A stretch of 64,000 nucleotides of DNA from a virus, in the IMG/VR virus record IMGVR_UViG_3300028394_000045, positions 64,001-128,000 of that record. One strand, written 5' to 3'. Each line of letters begins with the position of its first letter. Within the stretch, counting starts at the first letter, position 1. The notes below the pieces were generated by a model that was given only the letters and a program-made list of their open reading frames with translations, had not been told where the DNA came from and searched no databases. The position numbers were made by a program, and so were the translations under genes. Positions 48,065 through 58,160 of this stretch are shown here, one piece after another.

Positions 48065-48974
48065 TATAGCAGACTTAGATTGTATCTATCTCACCTACGA
48101 CGAGCCACAACGTGAAGAGTTTTGGGTAAAGATAAAAAACATGATCCCGTGGGCCAAGCGTGTGGATGGCATCAAAGGATCGGACGCAGCACACAAAGCC
48201 GCTGCCGCAGCCAGTGATACCGAGCGTTTCATCCTGGTAGATGGTGACAACTTGCCATCCGCAGATTTCTTCAACAAGACATTGCAATTCCCCACAGCTG
48301 ACTATGAACGAGCAGTGTTCCGGTGGCGTGCCAGAAATCATGTGAATGGACTCATGTACGGCAACGGCGGCATCAGCTCATGGACACGTGAATTTGCAAA
48401 TGCCATGCGTACCCATGAAGCCACCGACGGCCGCACAGAAACACAAGTGGAGTTTTGCTTTGATCCGTTGTACTGGGCCATGCATGATTGCTACAGCACA
48501 ACCTACCCGGCTCAATCGCCATTCCATGCATGGCGCGCTGGATTCCGCGAAGGTGTAAAGATGTGTTTGAACAAAGGTGCCCGGCCTACTGTTGAAGAAT
48601 TCAAGAATCAAGTGTTGAGAAATCTCGACCATTTGACCATATGGCATAATATTGGTTCGGACGTGGAAAATGGAGAGTGGTGCATGGCTGGTTCCAGACA
48701 AGGTACCTACATGACCATGCTGACCAATTGGGATCATACGTTGGTTCAAGATTTTGATGCGTTAGCTGAAATTTGGGAAACCGTGAAAGATGTCCAACCA
48801 CGCATACTAAGTAACCAGTTAGGTCCTGAGATTGGTACTCAATTGGACTTGCCAATGGCCATCCTAGAGGCTGAACAGAGTGCGTTTTTCAAATATCACT
48901 ATCGATCAAATTGGCATAACCGTGGTGCCATGGTTCGAGAGATAGATGTAATACGCCAGCAAGAAGGATGGTGA
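48051..48974 (+). CDS. GT-A fold glycosyltransferase-like protein
   Basis: YLTYDEP, RVDGIKGSDAAH, FILVDGDN (DxD), NGLMYGNGG, AWRAGFREGVK. Confidence 0.65.
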   Translation: MNQIDIADLDCIYLTYDEPQREEFWVKIKNMIPWAKRVDGIKGSDAAHKAAAAASDTERFILVDGDNLPSADFFNKTLQFPTADYERAVFRWRARNHVNGLMYGNGGISSWTREFANAMRTHEATDGRTETQVEFCFDPLYWAMHDCYSTTYPAQSPFHAWRAGFREGVKMCLNKGARPTVEEFKNQVLRNLDHLTIWHNIGSDVENGEWCMAGSRQGTYMTMLTNWDHTLVQDFDALAEIWETVKDVQPRILSNQLGPEIGTQLDLPMAILEAEQSAFFKYHYRSNWHNRGAMVREIDVIRQQEGW

Positions 48975-48975
48975 T

Positions 48976-49500
48976 ATGCTTAAAATAATCAATTTAGATT
49001 ATGATTTTTCAAAGATTTTGTCTGCTGACTATGCTCAACATGAAGGTAGCTGTATCAGCCACCAGGTTTATGAACTAACAGATATCCATGATCGGTATGG
49101 AGGATTTCCTACTACCTATTGTTATGAAAATACCAAAATACATCAACTATGGTGGGAAAAAGACGATGTTGATTTTGTAGAGATTGGGCGACAATTAGGA
49201 ATGGAAGTAATTACGGTCAGCAGTATTTCTCAGCCACCGGGATGTGTGATACCGCTACACCGAGATACCTTTTATCAAATCAACAAACAATATCCGGATA
49301 GAACAGAACCCAAAGTCCGTGCCAACATTTATCTTGAAGATTGGAAACTAGGACATTTTCTTCAATACGATGATGAGATAAGTGTTAAATGGAATGCAGG
49401 CGACGGACTATTGTGGGACTCTTCCCACTTGCATCTATCAGCCAATGCAGGCATGCAAAACAAGTACACATTACAAGTATCGGGATTTCTAATAGAATGA
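48976..49500 (+). CDS. 2OG-Fe(II)/cupin oxygenase (Asp/Asn/Pro hydroxylase-like)
   Basis: PPGCVIPLHRD (HxD) and distal His (HLSANAG), KYTLQVSG. Confidence 0.7.
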   Translation: MLKIINLDYDFSKILSADYAQHEGSCISHQVYELTDIHDRYGGFPTTYCYENTKIHQLWWEKDDVDFVEIGRQLGMEVITVSSISQPPGCVIPLHRDTFYQINKQYPDRTEPKVRANIYLEDWKLGHFLQYDDEISVKWNAGDGLLWDSSHLHLSANAGMQNKYTLQVSGFLIE

Positions 49501-50444
49501 GATTTAAAATTATTCCAGCTGATACTTTTATCTGGAATCTGTCAGAGTTGGTTGATTTTTTAATAGAATATCAAAATCAAGACATTGTTATAATCAATGG
49601 CACCGAAGGATGCTGTTCGACCACCATTGGGTTATATAAGTGGTTGGATAAATTTAAATTTAGTAATGTTACCATAGAAACCGGTAACATATTGGAAAGT
49701 CATAATCAATACAAAGTTTCCTATACGGCCCCGTGGAAATTTCTCGACATAGCAAGACCGATTGATCGGGCTCATCATATATGGAATCGTCAATCGATAT
49801 TTGGGACGTTATATGGTCGCCCGCTATGGCATAGAATAGGTATTGCATCCCATCTACTATCGTCGCATAAGTCTATCAGTGAGATTGGTTGTTTGATTAA
49901 TCCTGCAGATTCAGACCAACGAGAACTATTTGAAATTCTAGAATTGTGGAAATATGATCCTAATAGCTTAATTAAATTTTCTAATGTGTTTTCTCAGTTT
50001 CCGTGCTACCATCAAGATGTTGATCAATACACACCTGGTGCAACACTAACTGACGGATTTGTTAAACAAACGGAAAGAGTATACAAGAATTTCTTCATTG
50101 ACATAGTGGCAGAAACTTACACTAGCGGTAATTCTTTTTTCATAACTGAAAAAACAGTACGTCCCATGCTGCTGAAAAAACCATTGATTTTAATGGGTGC
50201 AAAAGATTGCCTAAATTATCTAAGGCAAATGGGATTCAGAACATTCGGCGATTTTTGGGACGAAACATATGATGGGTATGAAGGCCGTGAGAGATATTTG
50301 CGTATATTAGATCTAATAGATTGGATCGCAGGGCATAGTCACGATCGGTTGGAAACCATGTATTGGGATATGCAATATACATTAGATCACAATTATAATC
50401 TACTGATTAATCAGCACTACAACACAGATATAACAAAAATATAA
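49497..50444 (+). CDS. 'TEK'-motif putative GT-B glycosyltransferase
   Basis: DIVAET...FITEKTVRP...LRQMGFRTF..WDETYD; likely start MRFKII at 49497. Confidence 0.5.
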   Translation: MRFKIIPADTFIWNLSELVDFLIEYQNQDIVIINGTEGCCSTTIGLYKWLDKFKFSNVTIETGNILESHNQYKVSYTAPWKFLDIARPIDRAHHIWNRQSIFGTLYGRPLWHRIGIASHLLSSHKSISEIGCLINPADSDQRELFEILELWKYDPNSLIKFSNVFSQFPCYHQDVDQYTPGATLTDGFVKQTERVYKNFFIDIVAETYTSGNSFFITEKTVRPMLLKKPLILMGAKDCLNYLRQMGFRTFGDFWDETYDGYEGRERYLRILDLIDWIAGHSHDRLETMYWDMQYTLDHNYNLLINQHYNTDITKI

Positions 50445-51811
50445 TGAATAAAAGCAATTTTCTATCATCTGCTGAACAGATGCACCGCGATTTGGGGCCA
50501 GCATTGTGCTTGGCCAAATGGAAACAGGTGAGCCTACATTTGCCCACTGGACTCAATAACAGTTGTTATCATCCACCACTACACACAATTGATCCAGTGG
50601 CAATAGCAGTTAATCCTGCGGCTCTGCATAACACTGATCATAAAAAATCTCAGCGAAAGATAATGTTGCAGCAAGAACGTCCTAAAGAATGTAGTTATTG
50701 CTGGAACATGGAAGACCTAGGCCGGCTGAGTGATCGACACTACAGATCAGGTGAGCCGTGGGCAGCCGTGGATTTTGAACAGATAAAAAATTCGACAGGA
50801 GATGAAGATGTTGTTCCCAGTTATGTTGAAGTCAATTTCAATCATGCTTGCAATCTGCGGTGCAGTTATTGCAGCCCTCAGTTTAGTAGTTCATGGGCAG
50901 ATGAAGTGTCTAGACTTGGTGCATATCCTACCCTGGTGCCTCATAATGCTCCTGAGCATTTCACTGGGAGCCGTCGCCCTATACCTGCCCGCGAACACAA
51001 TCCTTATGTAGAAGCATTCTGGTCATGGTGGCCCACTCTGTACCCTGAACTCAAGCACTTCCGCATGACCGGTGGTGAGCCCTTGATGGATCGCAACACC
51101 TATCGAGTGTTTGACTATGTGTTGGATCGCCCCAAGAGTGATTTACACCTAGCAGTGACTTCCAACTTTAGTGTAGAGCCGGAACTATCCAGCAAATACT
51201 TTGACTACGTTAAAAGATTATGCGACACTGATATTGAACATTTCATGCAGTATGTGAGTGTTGATTCGGGCATCGGGCCTCAAGCCGAATACATCCGACA
51301 TGGATTGGATTTTGAACGCTTACAGAACAATGTGGAAACATATCTTCGAGATATTCCACATCGCAATAGCCTTACATTTATTGTGACCATGAACAACTTG
51401 TCAGTCACAGGATTTCTACCACTGATGAAGTGGATCTTAGAGTTGAGAAAAACCCATAGCCGAACATATCAGCGTGTGTGGTTTGATACACCTGTGCTGC
51501 GACAACCTGCGTGGCAAAGCCTACAGACCCTGCCGGAAAGCTATGCTGCAAAGCTAGAACAAGCACGAGACTTCATGTTGGCCAATCTAGAAACAGAATC
51601 AGACTCATTCCATGGATTCAAGGACTATGAAGTTCAACGACTGGAGCGTGACATAGCCTGGATGCGATCAACCGTAAACGCAAGTACCCAAGATCTGGCA
51701 GACTTCTATAGATTTTTCACCGAACACGATCGTCGCAGAGGCACAGACTTTGAGACCACATTTCCCGAAATGCTCACCTGGTGGCGACAATGCAGCTTAC
51801 ATGCTAGGTAA
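50444..51811 (+). CDS. Radical SAM protein with N-terminal twitch-like domain
   Basis: CLAKW...SCYHPP...CSYCW; CNLRCSYC; GGEP. Confidence 0.88.
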   Translation: MNKSNFLSSAEQMHRDLGPALCLAKWKQVSLHLPTGLNNSCYHPPLHTIDPVAIAVNPAALHNTDHKKSQRKIMLQQERPKECSYCWNMEDLGRLSDRHYRSGEPWAAVDFEQIKNSTGDEDVVPSYVEVNFNHACNLRCSYCSPQFSSSWADEVSRLGAYPTLVPHNAPEHFTGSRRPIPAREHNPYVEAFWSWWPTLYPELKHFRMTGGEPLMDRNTYRVFDYVLDRPKSDLHLAVTSNFSVEPELSSKYFDYVKRLCDTDIEHFMQYVSVDSGIGPQAEYIRHGLDFERLQNNVETYLRDIPHRNSLTFIVTMNNLSVTGFLPLMKWILELRKTHSRTYQRVWFDTPVLRQPAWQSLQTLPESYAAKLEQARDFMLANLETESDSFHGFKDYEVQRLERDIAWMRSTVNASTQDLADFYRFFTEHDRRRGTDFETTFPEMLTWWRQCSLHAR

Positions 51812-52916
51812 GTACCGAATCATAGTGGATGAATGGGCTGAGGTTTGGGATCTACTCAAGCCCTATGCCGACGGCAGCTTCTGGCGCTGGAGTGATCTTG
51901 ATCTTGATCCTGATGCAGTGTATGTTGTTGGTCGTGTGGTGCTCAAAGAGAACTGGCAATCCATAACTGACTGGGCACGAGCACATCCAGGTCGCATAGT
52001 GTTTTCCAATCCCGCCGAAGGATCGCAAACCATATTACTGCAACTCAAACGGTTGGTGATTTCTGAACAAATAAAGTCAGGAGAGATATTGCTGCTGACG
52101 TCAGGCGATCTTGAACCAGGTTTGAACTACTGCAAGACTGATTGTTATTTCTCCAACATCGTAGAATACCTTGAAAACATCAGCGCACATGAATCGTGGT
52201 CGCAGGTGTATCACAAAACAAACAAGCCATACGACTTTTTGTTCTTGAATGGGCGACTACGTCCGCATCGTAAGTATCTCATTGATCAACTACGACAACA
52301 TCAGCTGCTGGATCGTGCGCTATGGACCAACCTTGGCGATCAAGTGGAGATGAGTTGGACCAGTGCGTTAGAGACCGAACTTGTCGAGCCAGTGAGATTG
52401 TTGCCTGAACAATATGAAATACCTCGTGCTTTGCCCAACATGCATTCATTGCCCGCAGGATTTGTCAAGCATCATTTGTTTGCCAACACCTGGGGCGATG
52501 CCATAGTCAATCCCGCAGCATACGTAGACACATCCTTTTCACTGGTCACAGAGACCATATTTGATTATCCACACACGTTCCGCACTGAGAAGATCTGGAA
52601 ACCCATGATCATGTGCCATCCATTTGTGGCAGCTGCCAACCGTGGGTATTATCGAGATTTGCATGCAGCAGGGTTTGAAACATTTGGCAAATTGATTGAC
52701 GAGTCATTTGATTACATAGACGATCCTACCGATCGTGCCAACAGAGTGGTCGCAGTTGTTAAAGATATATGCTATAATGGTGCTGAGGCTTTCTTGGAGG
52801 CTGCTAGAGTTACGTGTAAATACAACTATCAGCAGCTTCGTGAGCATAATAAACAAGAACGAGCCCTGCTACCCGCAAATTTACTCCAACACATTGATGA
52901 CCGATCTAGAATTTAA
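51801..52916 (+). CDS. 'TEK'-motif putative GT-B glycosyltransferase
   Basis: FLFLNGRLRPHR, SLVTET, RTEKIWKP, GFETF..IDESFD; likely start 51801. Confidence 0.5.
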   Translation: MLGKYRIIVDEWAEVWDLLKPYADGSFWRWSDLDLDPDAVYVVGRVVLKENWQSITDWARAHPGRIVFSNPAEGSQTILLQLKRLVISEQIKSGEILLLTSGDLEPGLNYCKTDCYFSNIVEYLENISAHESWSQVYHKTNKPYDFLFLNGRLRPHRKYLIDQLRQHQLLDRALWTNLGDQVEMSWTSALETELVEPVRLLPEQYEIPRALPNMHSLPAGFVKHHLFANTWGDAIVNPAAYVDTSFSLVTETIFDYPHTFRTEKIWKPMIMCHPFVAAANRGYYRDLHAAGFETFGKLIDESFDYIDDPTDRANRVVAVVKDICYNGAEAFLEAARVTCKYNYQQLREHNKQERALLPANLLQHIDDRSRI

Positions 52917-54228
52917 GCAACAGGTGTTAGACGCCAAGAGTGCAAGTTTTTGTGCAGCAAAATGGTACAACGCTACCATCTGGTTGGGCAGTGGCATGAC
53001 TACCAGTTGTCATCACCCGCCGGCCCATTTGGTGGACATTGATAAAGTCCGGGCCAACCCTAGGCTGCTGCACAATACTGATCAGAAGAAAGAAGATCGT
53101 CGCAAGATGATAGCAGGTGAACGACCCAGTGGCTGTGAGTATTGTTGGAAGATAGAAGACATGGGCAGTGATGCTGTCAGTGACAGAGTATACAAGAGTA
53201 AAATTTACCCAATAGAGTTGTTAAATGAAGCACATACCAATCCGCCTGATCAAGACTTCAACCTCCGTACCTTGGAGATTGCTTTTGACCGTACTTGTCA
53301 ATTTGCTTGCAGTTATTGTAATCCTGCATTCAGTAGCACTTGGGTTCGGGACATACGCAAAAATGGACCCTATCGAGATCTTGTGTCTGATGGTCGTAAT
53401 CACTTCACTCACGATCATGGCAGTAGTCAGCTTTATAGCTTCGGTGAAACCAATCCTTATGTGGAGGCGTTCTTTGCGTGGTGGGAGTCAGACCTACATC
53501 GAACCCTCCAAGAACTGAGAATAACCGGTGGCGAACCCTTGATGTCGGGCGAGACTTGGAAACTGATTGATTGGTTCCGAAACAATCCAGGGCGCAGCCA
53601 AACACGCCTGGCCATCAATTCAAACCTGGGCACAGCAGTGGATCTAGATCGATTGCTGAACAGCATCGATGGGTTAGAAGTAGATTTGTATACATCTAAC
53701 GAAAGTGTAGGCCTGCAAGCAGAATACATCAGAGATGGATTAGTGTGGGATGATTGGGCCAACAATGTAGAACGCTTGCTGGATAGCAGAAAGTTCCGTG
53801 GCATACACATCATGAACACCATCAATGCATTGTGTTTGTATTCGCTGGATCAGTTCTTGGAATGCATCATGAACTGGAAAATAGAATACGGACGTGATGC
53901 TGTGAGTTTCACTCTAAACATCTTGAGATTCCCCAGCTTTCAGTCGCCCTTGGTGCTGCCCGACGAACTACGCACAATATTTCGCAAGCGGTTGGAAGTA
54001 TGGCTGGACGCTTGGTGGGACAGTGAATTCTTGCATGAGCACGAAGTCAATCATGTGCAACGCTTGATTGATTATCTCGACATTGTGAAGACCCCACATT
54101 CAGAAGCATTTGACCGGCCTCAACTGCTAAATGACTTCAAGCAGTTCTACACACAATACGATCAACGTCGAGGCAAAGTCTTTAGCCTGGCATTTCCTGC
54201 ACTAACCCCCTGGTATGACGCACTATGA
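52897..54228 (+). CDS. Radical SAM protein with N-terminal twitch-like domain
   Basis: CAAKW...SCHHPP...CEYCW; CQFACSYC; GGEP; likely start MTDLEF at 52897. Confidence 0.88.
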   Translation: MTDLEFKQQVLDAKSASFCAAKWYNATIWLGSGMTTSCHHPPAHLVDIDKVRANPRLLHNTDQKKEDRRKMIAGERPSGCEYCWKIEDMGSDAVSDRVYKSKIYPIELLNEAHTNPPDQDFNLRTLEIAFDRTCQFACSYCNPAFSSTWVRDIRKNGPYRDLVSDGRNHFTHDHGSSQLYSFGETNPYVEAFFAWWESDLHRTLQELRITGGEPLMSGETWKLIDWFRNNPGRSQTRLAINSNLGTAVDLDRLLNSIDGLEVDLYTSNESVGLQAEYIRDGLVWDDWANNVERLLDSRKFRGIHIMNTINALCLYSLDQFLECIMNWKIEYGRDAVSFTLNILRFPSFQSPLVLPDELRTIFRKRLEVWLDAWWDSEFLHEHEVNHVQRLIDYLDIVKTPHSEAFDRPQLLNDFKQFYTQYDQRRGKVFSLAFPALTPWYDAL

Positions 54229-55943
54229 CACTAGAAGAAAAAATAACAGAACTCAAATCTCAATTTGATATAGTTGCGATAGTTAATCTTGATCCATGGC
54301 ACGATCTGCACGAACATGATAAAAAGTCTTGGATGAGAGAAACGCTTGGGCCTATATACCGAGACTCTTATCTCGACAAACAGCGTATTTTGTTTACAGT
54401 CTCGCGAGGAGGTGTATACGCAGATCAACAAAGTCTGGCAGGGCAGTTGATCACACAACTACAGCGCAGACTCAACGAAGTAGACATATCTAATTTTTTT
54501 GTTATAGTACTGACCAACGATGTAACAATACAAGAATCTTATATTGCTCATTATCAAGAATTTTCAACCGATATGGTTCCAATGACGATTGACGTTTATT
54601 CTGTTGAAATCACGCAGCGTCGTAGACAAGATAAGATGTCTAAGAAAACAAAACTCGGTAGCTATCAATATACGCATCTAGATCCAATGAAGATTGACAT
54701 TGAAGATCTTACTGAACAAGAACAATTTTTACTCACCAAAAGTTCTACATTTTGCATGTACCCTTGGATACATTTTCATGCTTATCCCACCGGGTCGGCG
54801 CACCCATGTTGCATGGCAGATATGCAATTTCCAATTGGGGATATGAGAAAAAATACCATTAGAGAAATATGGAATCAGGAACCTCTTAAAGAAATACGCA
54901 AGCAGATGCTGAATGAACAAGCAGTAACAGCTTGTAACAGATGCTACGAACAAGAATCCACAGGATTTGTCAGTGGAAGGATGAGTGCTAATAAACATCA
55001 CGGCCATCTAATCAACCGTATACATGAAACCAAACCAGATGGAACATTAGACAGATTTGAACTGACCTACTGGGATATAAGATTCTCAAATCTTTGCAAT
55101 CTCAGCTGCCGCAGTTGCGGTCACATCTTTTCAAGTTCATGGTATAAAGACCAGGCCAAACTAGCAGGGCCTGAATGGAAAAAAACTCACAAGGTATTGA
55201 ACTATGCAGGTAGATTTGAAACTGATGCATGGGATCAACTGGTAGAACATATCGAGCATGTGGAGCAAATCTACTTTGCAGGGGGCGAACCCTTGCTAAT
55301 GGAAGAACATTACAAGATTCTTGATGAACTGGTTCGGCAAAAAAAGTTCAATGTTCGATTGATTTATAATACTAATTTTACACATACCAATCTCAAAGAT
55401 CGGAGCGTGTTCGAATATTGGAAACTATTTGATTCTGTCAGTGTAGGCGCCAGTCTCGACGGTTCAGGGCGTTATGGAGAATACATACGTAAAGGTACCG
55501 AGTGGAACAAGATAGAACAAAATAGAATTGACATGTTAAAGATCTGCCCGGATGTAGATTTTTACATCAGCCCTACTCTTAGTATAATGAATGCGTGGCA
55601 CTTGCCCGATTTTCACCGAGACTGGGTCGAGCGAGGCTTTATTAAACCTCAGGATCTCAATGTAAATATCTTACAAGACCCACCGCACTATCGAATTGAT
55701 ATCGCTACTGTAAAGTACAAACAACGACTACGGTTAAAATATCAAGAACATCTGGAATGGTTAGAAAAAAATCAAGATCCTCTAGAACGTGCCACTGAAG
55801 GATTTAAATCGGCTATTAATTTTATGATGGCAACAGATAACACACATCTCATCGACACCTTTTGGCGTAAGACTCATGAACTGGATATCATACGGTCAGA
55901 AAATATTAGCGATATTATACCCGAACTTGAAGCATTAAAATGA
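54225..55943 (+). CDS. Radical SAM protein with extra N-terminal domain and twitch-like domain
   Basis: CMYPW...PCC...CNRC; CNLSCRSC; GGEP; SLDG. Confidence 0.88.
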   Translation: MTLEEKITELKSQFDIVAIVNLDPWHDLHEHDKKSWMRETLGPIYRDSYLDKQRILFTVSRGGVYADQQSLAGQLITQLQRRLNEVDISNFFVIVLTNDVTIQESYIAHYQEFSTDMVPMTIDVYSVEITQRRRQDKMSKKTKLGSYQYTHLDPMKIDIEDLTEQEQFLLTKSSTFCMYPWIHFHAYPTGSAHPCCMADMQFPIGDMRKNTIREIWNQEPLKEIRKQMLNEQAVTACNRCYEQESTGFVSGRMSANKHHGHLINRIHETKPDGTLDRFELTYWDIRFSNLCNLSCRSCGHIFSSSWYKDQAKLAGPEWKKTHKVLNYAGRFETDAWDQLVEHIEHVEQIYFAGGEPLLMEEHYKILDELVRQKKFNVRLIYNTNFTHTNLKDRSVFEYWKLFDSVSVGASLDGSGRYGEYIRKGTEWNKIEQNRIDMLKICPDVDFYISPTLSIMNAWHLPDFHRDWVERGFIKPQDLNVNILQDPPHYRIDIATVKYKQRLRLKYQEHLEWLEKNQDPLERATEGFKSAINFMMATDNTHLIDTFWRKTHELDIIRSENISDIIPELEALK

Positions 55944-57154
55944 AGATACCTCACGACAAATTTTGTGTATTGCCCTGGATCAGCTTAGAAGCCAGTCCAA
56001 TAGGCACTGTGAGACCATGTTGTCTAGCCGATGATGAAATTGTTGATAATGACGGAAATAAATTTAAACTAGGTCAAGCTGTTTTTGATCATATACAAAA
56101 TAGCGATCACATGCAACAGCTACGTGAAGAATTCTTAGCAGGTGAAAAACCACAAACTTGCCGCAAGTGTTGGAATGAAGAAAGATCAGGTCGCACTAGC
56201 AAACGCATGCACACACTGGATAGACTGAAGCATGTGCTGACAGATGAGTCTTGGAGCTCAGATGCCAAGCCTTTGATGTTCTTGGATCTTAAATTGGGCA
56301 ACATCTGCAATCTCAAATGTAGGATATGTGGCCCCTGGTCCAGCTCGCAATTTGCCAGTGAAGAGATCTCTTGGATGCCACGTGAAGAACAAAAGAGCAG
56401 CCATGCGTATGAGATGCTGAGAGCAGGAGCCTGGCCCAAAGAAAACGATCATTTCTGGTCCGAGATCGATTTGGTGCTCACAGACATACGCTATATCGAA
56501 TTCACTGGTGGCGAGCCATTCATGATTGATCAACACTTTGACATGTTGCAAGGCATAGTGGATCGTGGCATCGCCGGTCAGGTAGAGATACACTACAACA
56601 CCAATGGCACACACTACCCTGAACGTGGGGAAAATATCTGGAAGCATTTTAAAACAGTAGAAGTGGCATTTAGTATAGACGATGTGGGTGCTAGATTTGA
56701 ATATCAGCGCACCAATGCGGACTGGGCAGTGGTGTTGGACACGATTGTGAGTTTTCAATATCTCAAAGATCACATGCCTAACTTGCAGTTACAATGTTGC
56801 AGCACAGTGAATATTTTCAATGTGCGCTACCTTGATCAGCTAGCTCACTGGCTTGCATTGCAACGATTTGACTTTGTGTATTGGAACATGATGCACGATG
56901 CTTGGTATTTTAGTATAGCCACTTTGCCTGATTCTGCAAAAACACAGATCATCTCTCACTTGGAGTCAGCAGATGTTCCTGCACAGTACCAAGATGAATT
57001 TGTACGCATAGCAGATTTCATGCGTAACGGCGCATCCACGGATGGATTCATGACCCGAATGAAGATTGCAGATCTTGACCGTAAACGCAATCAAGATTTT
57101 GAACAAACCAGTCCTGAGATGGCTGTATTGATACAATACAAAAAGAATGGCTAA
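55940..57154 (+). CDS. Radical SAM protein with N-terminal twitch-like domain
   Basis: CVLPW...PCC...CRKCW; CNLKCRIC; GGEP; TNG. Confidence 0.88.
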   Translation: MKIPHDKFCVLPWISLEASPIGTVRPCCLADDEIVDNDGNKFKLGQAVFDHIQNSDHMQQLREEFLAGEKPQTCRKCWNEERSGRTSKRMHTLDRLKHVLTDESWSSDAKPLMFLDLKLGNICNLKCRICGPWSSSQFASEEISWMPREEQKSSHAYEMLRAGAWPKENDHFWSEIDLVLTDIRYIEFTGGEPFMIDQHFDMLQGIVDRGIAGQVEIHYNTNGTHYPERGENIWKHFKTVEVAFSIDDVGARFEYQRTNADWAVVLDTIVSFQYLKDHMPNLQLQCCSTVNIFNVRYLDQLAHWLALQRFDFVYWNMMHDAWYFSIATLPDSAKTQIISHLESADVPAQYQDEFVRIADFMRNGASTDGFMTRMKIADLDRKRNQDFEQTSPEMAVLIQYKKNG

Positions 57155-58160
57155 GCTGGTATTTGTGTACGATCCCAATGGGGCACCAGAAGAAAACATT
57201 CGAATGATCATGCCCCTGGGCATGAACTTTGAGTTTTTTGATCCTACTATAACATACTCATCAGATACTGTGTTTTATTATGACATGTATGGCCCTGGGC
57301 ATAACTGGGTCAGACAGCACTTGCAACAAGGTTATCGTGTAATATTTGATGCCAAGAATGAACATTACATTCATTACGTCATGCATTCTGTGCTGATAGA
57401 CTTCTTGCAGCATCCTGGACAAGGCTGTTTTATCATATCAGGGCACGAGCCCAATCCCTTGCCAGGCGTTGAGATCATTGCAACCCCTTATTGGTACTGG
57501 ATCATGGACCAGATAAAAATGACTCATACCAAAGTAGATCAAATTGCTTGGCAATCAAAATCAAATAAAAAGAAATTCTTCATGAGCCTGGGAAAAAGCC
57601 GGGTGGAACGCGACTATGTATTTGACAGCCTTGGCATTCATTTATCTGACAGTATCTATAGTTATCGAGCTCGTGGCATTGGATTGCCTGATGATTGCAC
57701 TAATTCAGTATTGGTGCAACGCTATATTAATCCTGCCTGGATACACGACACCGCACTCACATTGGCCGTGGAAACCTATGTGGATGAGACTGCAATCACA
57801 GGCTACAGCCTGACACGTCAAGATCATTTGTTTTTGTGTGAAAAAAGCTACAAACCAATGGCAGCACAGCACCCTTTTCTCATGGTATCCACACCGGGTA
57901 ACTTGGCCTACCTGCGCTCGCAAGGGTTTGAAACATTTCCTGAATTGTTTGATGAAAGTTACGACAATGTCGTTGATTGGAAACAACGTGTGATGAATAT
58001 AATCTCAGTATTGGCTGACTTTGATACATGCAGTGTCGATCAACCTATTGTTCTACAAAAGCTGCGGCACAATCAAGCTAGATTTTTTGATAGATCAATA
58101 ACAACAGATCTGGCATTTCGCACAATACAAAAACCTTTGTTTGAATTTATAAATGCATAA
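57147..58160 (+). CDS. 'TEK'-motif putative GT-B glycosyltransferase
   Basis: LAVET, LCEKSYKP, LRSQGFETFPELFDESYD. Confidence 0.5.
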   Translation: MAKLVFVYDPNGAPEENIRMIMPLGMNFEFFDPTITYSSDTVFYYDMYGPGHNWVRQHLQQGYRVIFDAKNEHYIHYVMHSVLIDFLQHPGQGCFIISGHEPNPLPGVEIIATPYWYWIMDQIKMTHTKVDQIAWQSKSNKKKFFMSLGKSRVERDYVFDSLGIHLSDSIYSYRARGIGLPDDCTNSVLVQRYINPAWIHDTALTLAVETYVDETAITGYSLTRQDHLFLCEKSYKPMAAQHPFLMVSTPGNLAYLRSQGFETFPELFDESYDNVVDWKQRVMNIISVLADFDTCSVDQPIVLQKLRHNQARFFDRSITTDLAFRTIQKPLFEFINA

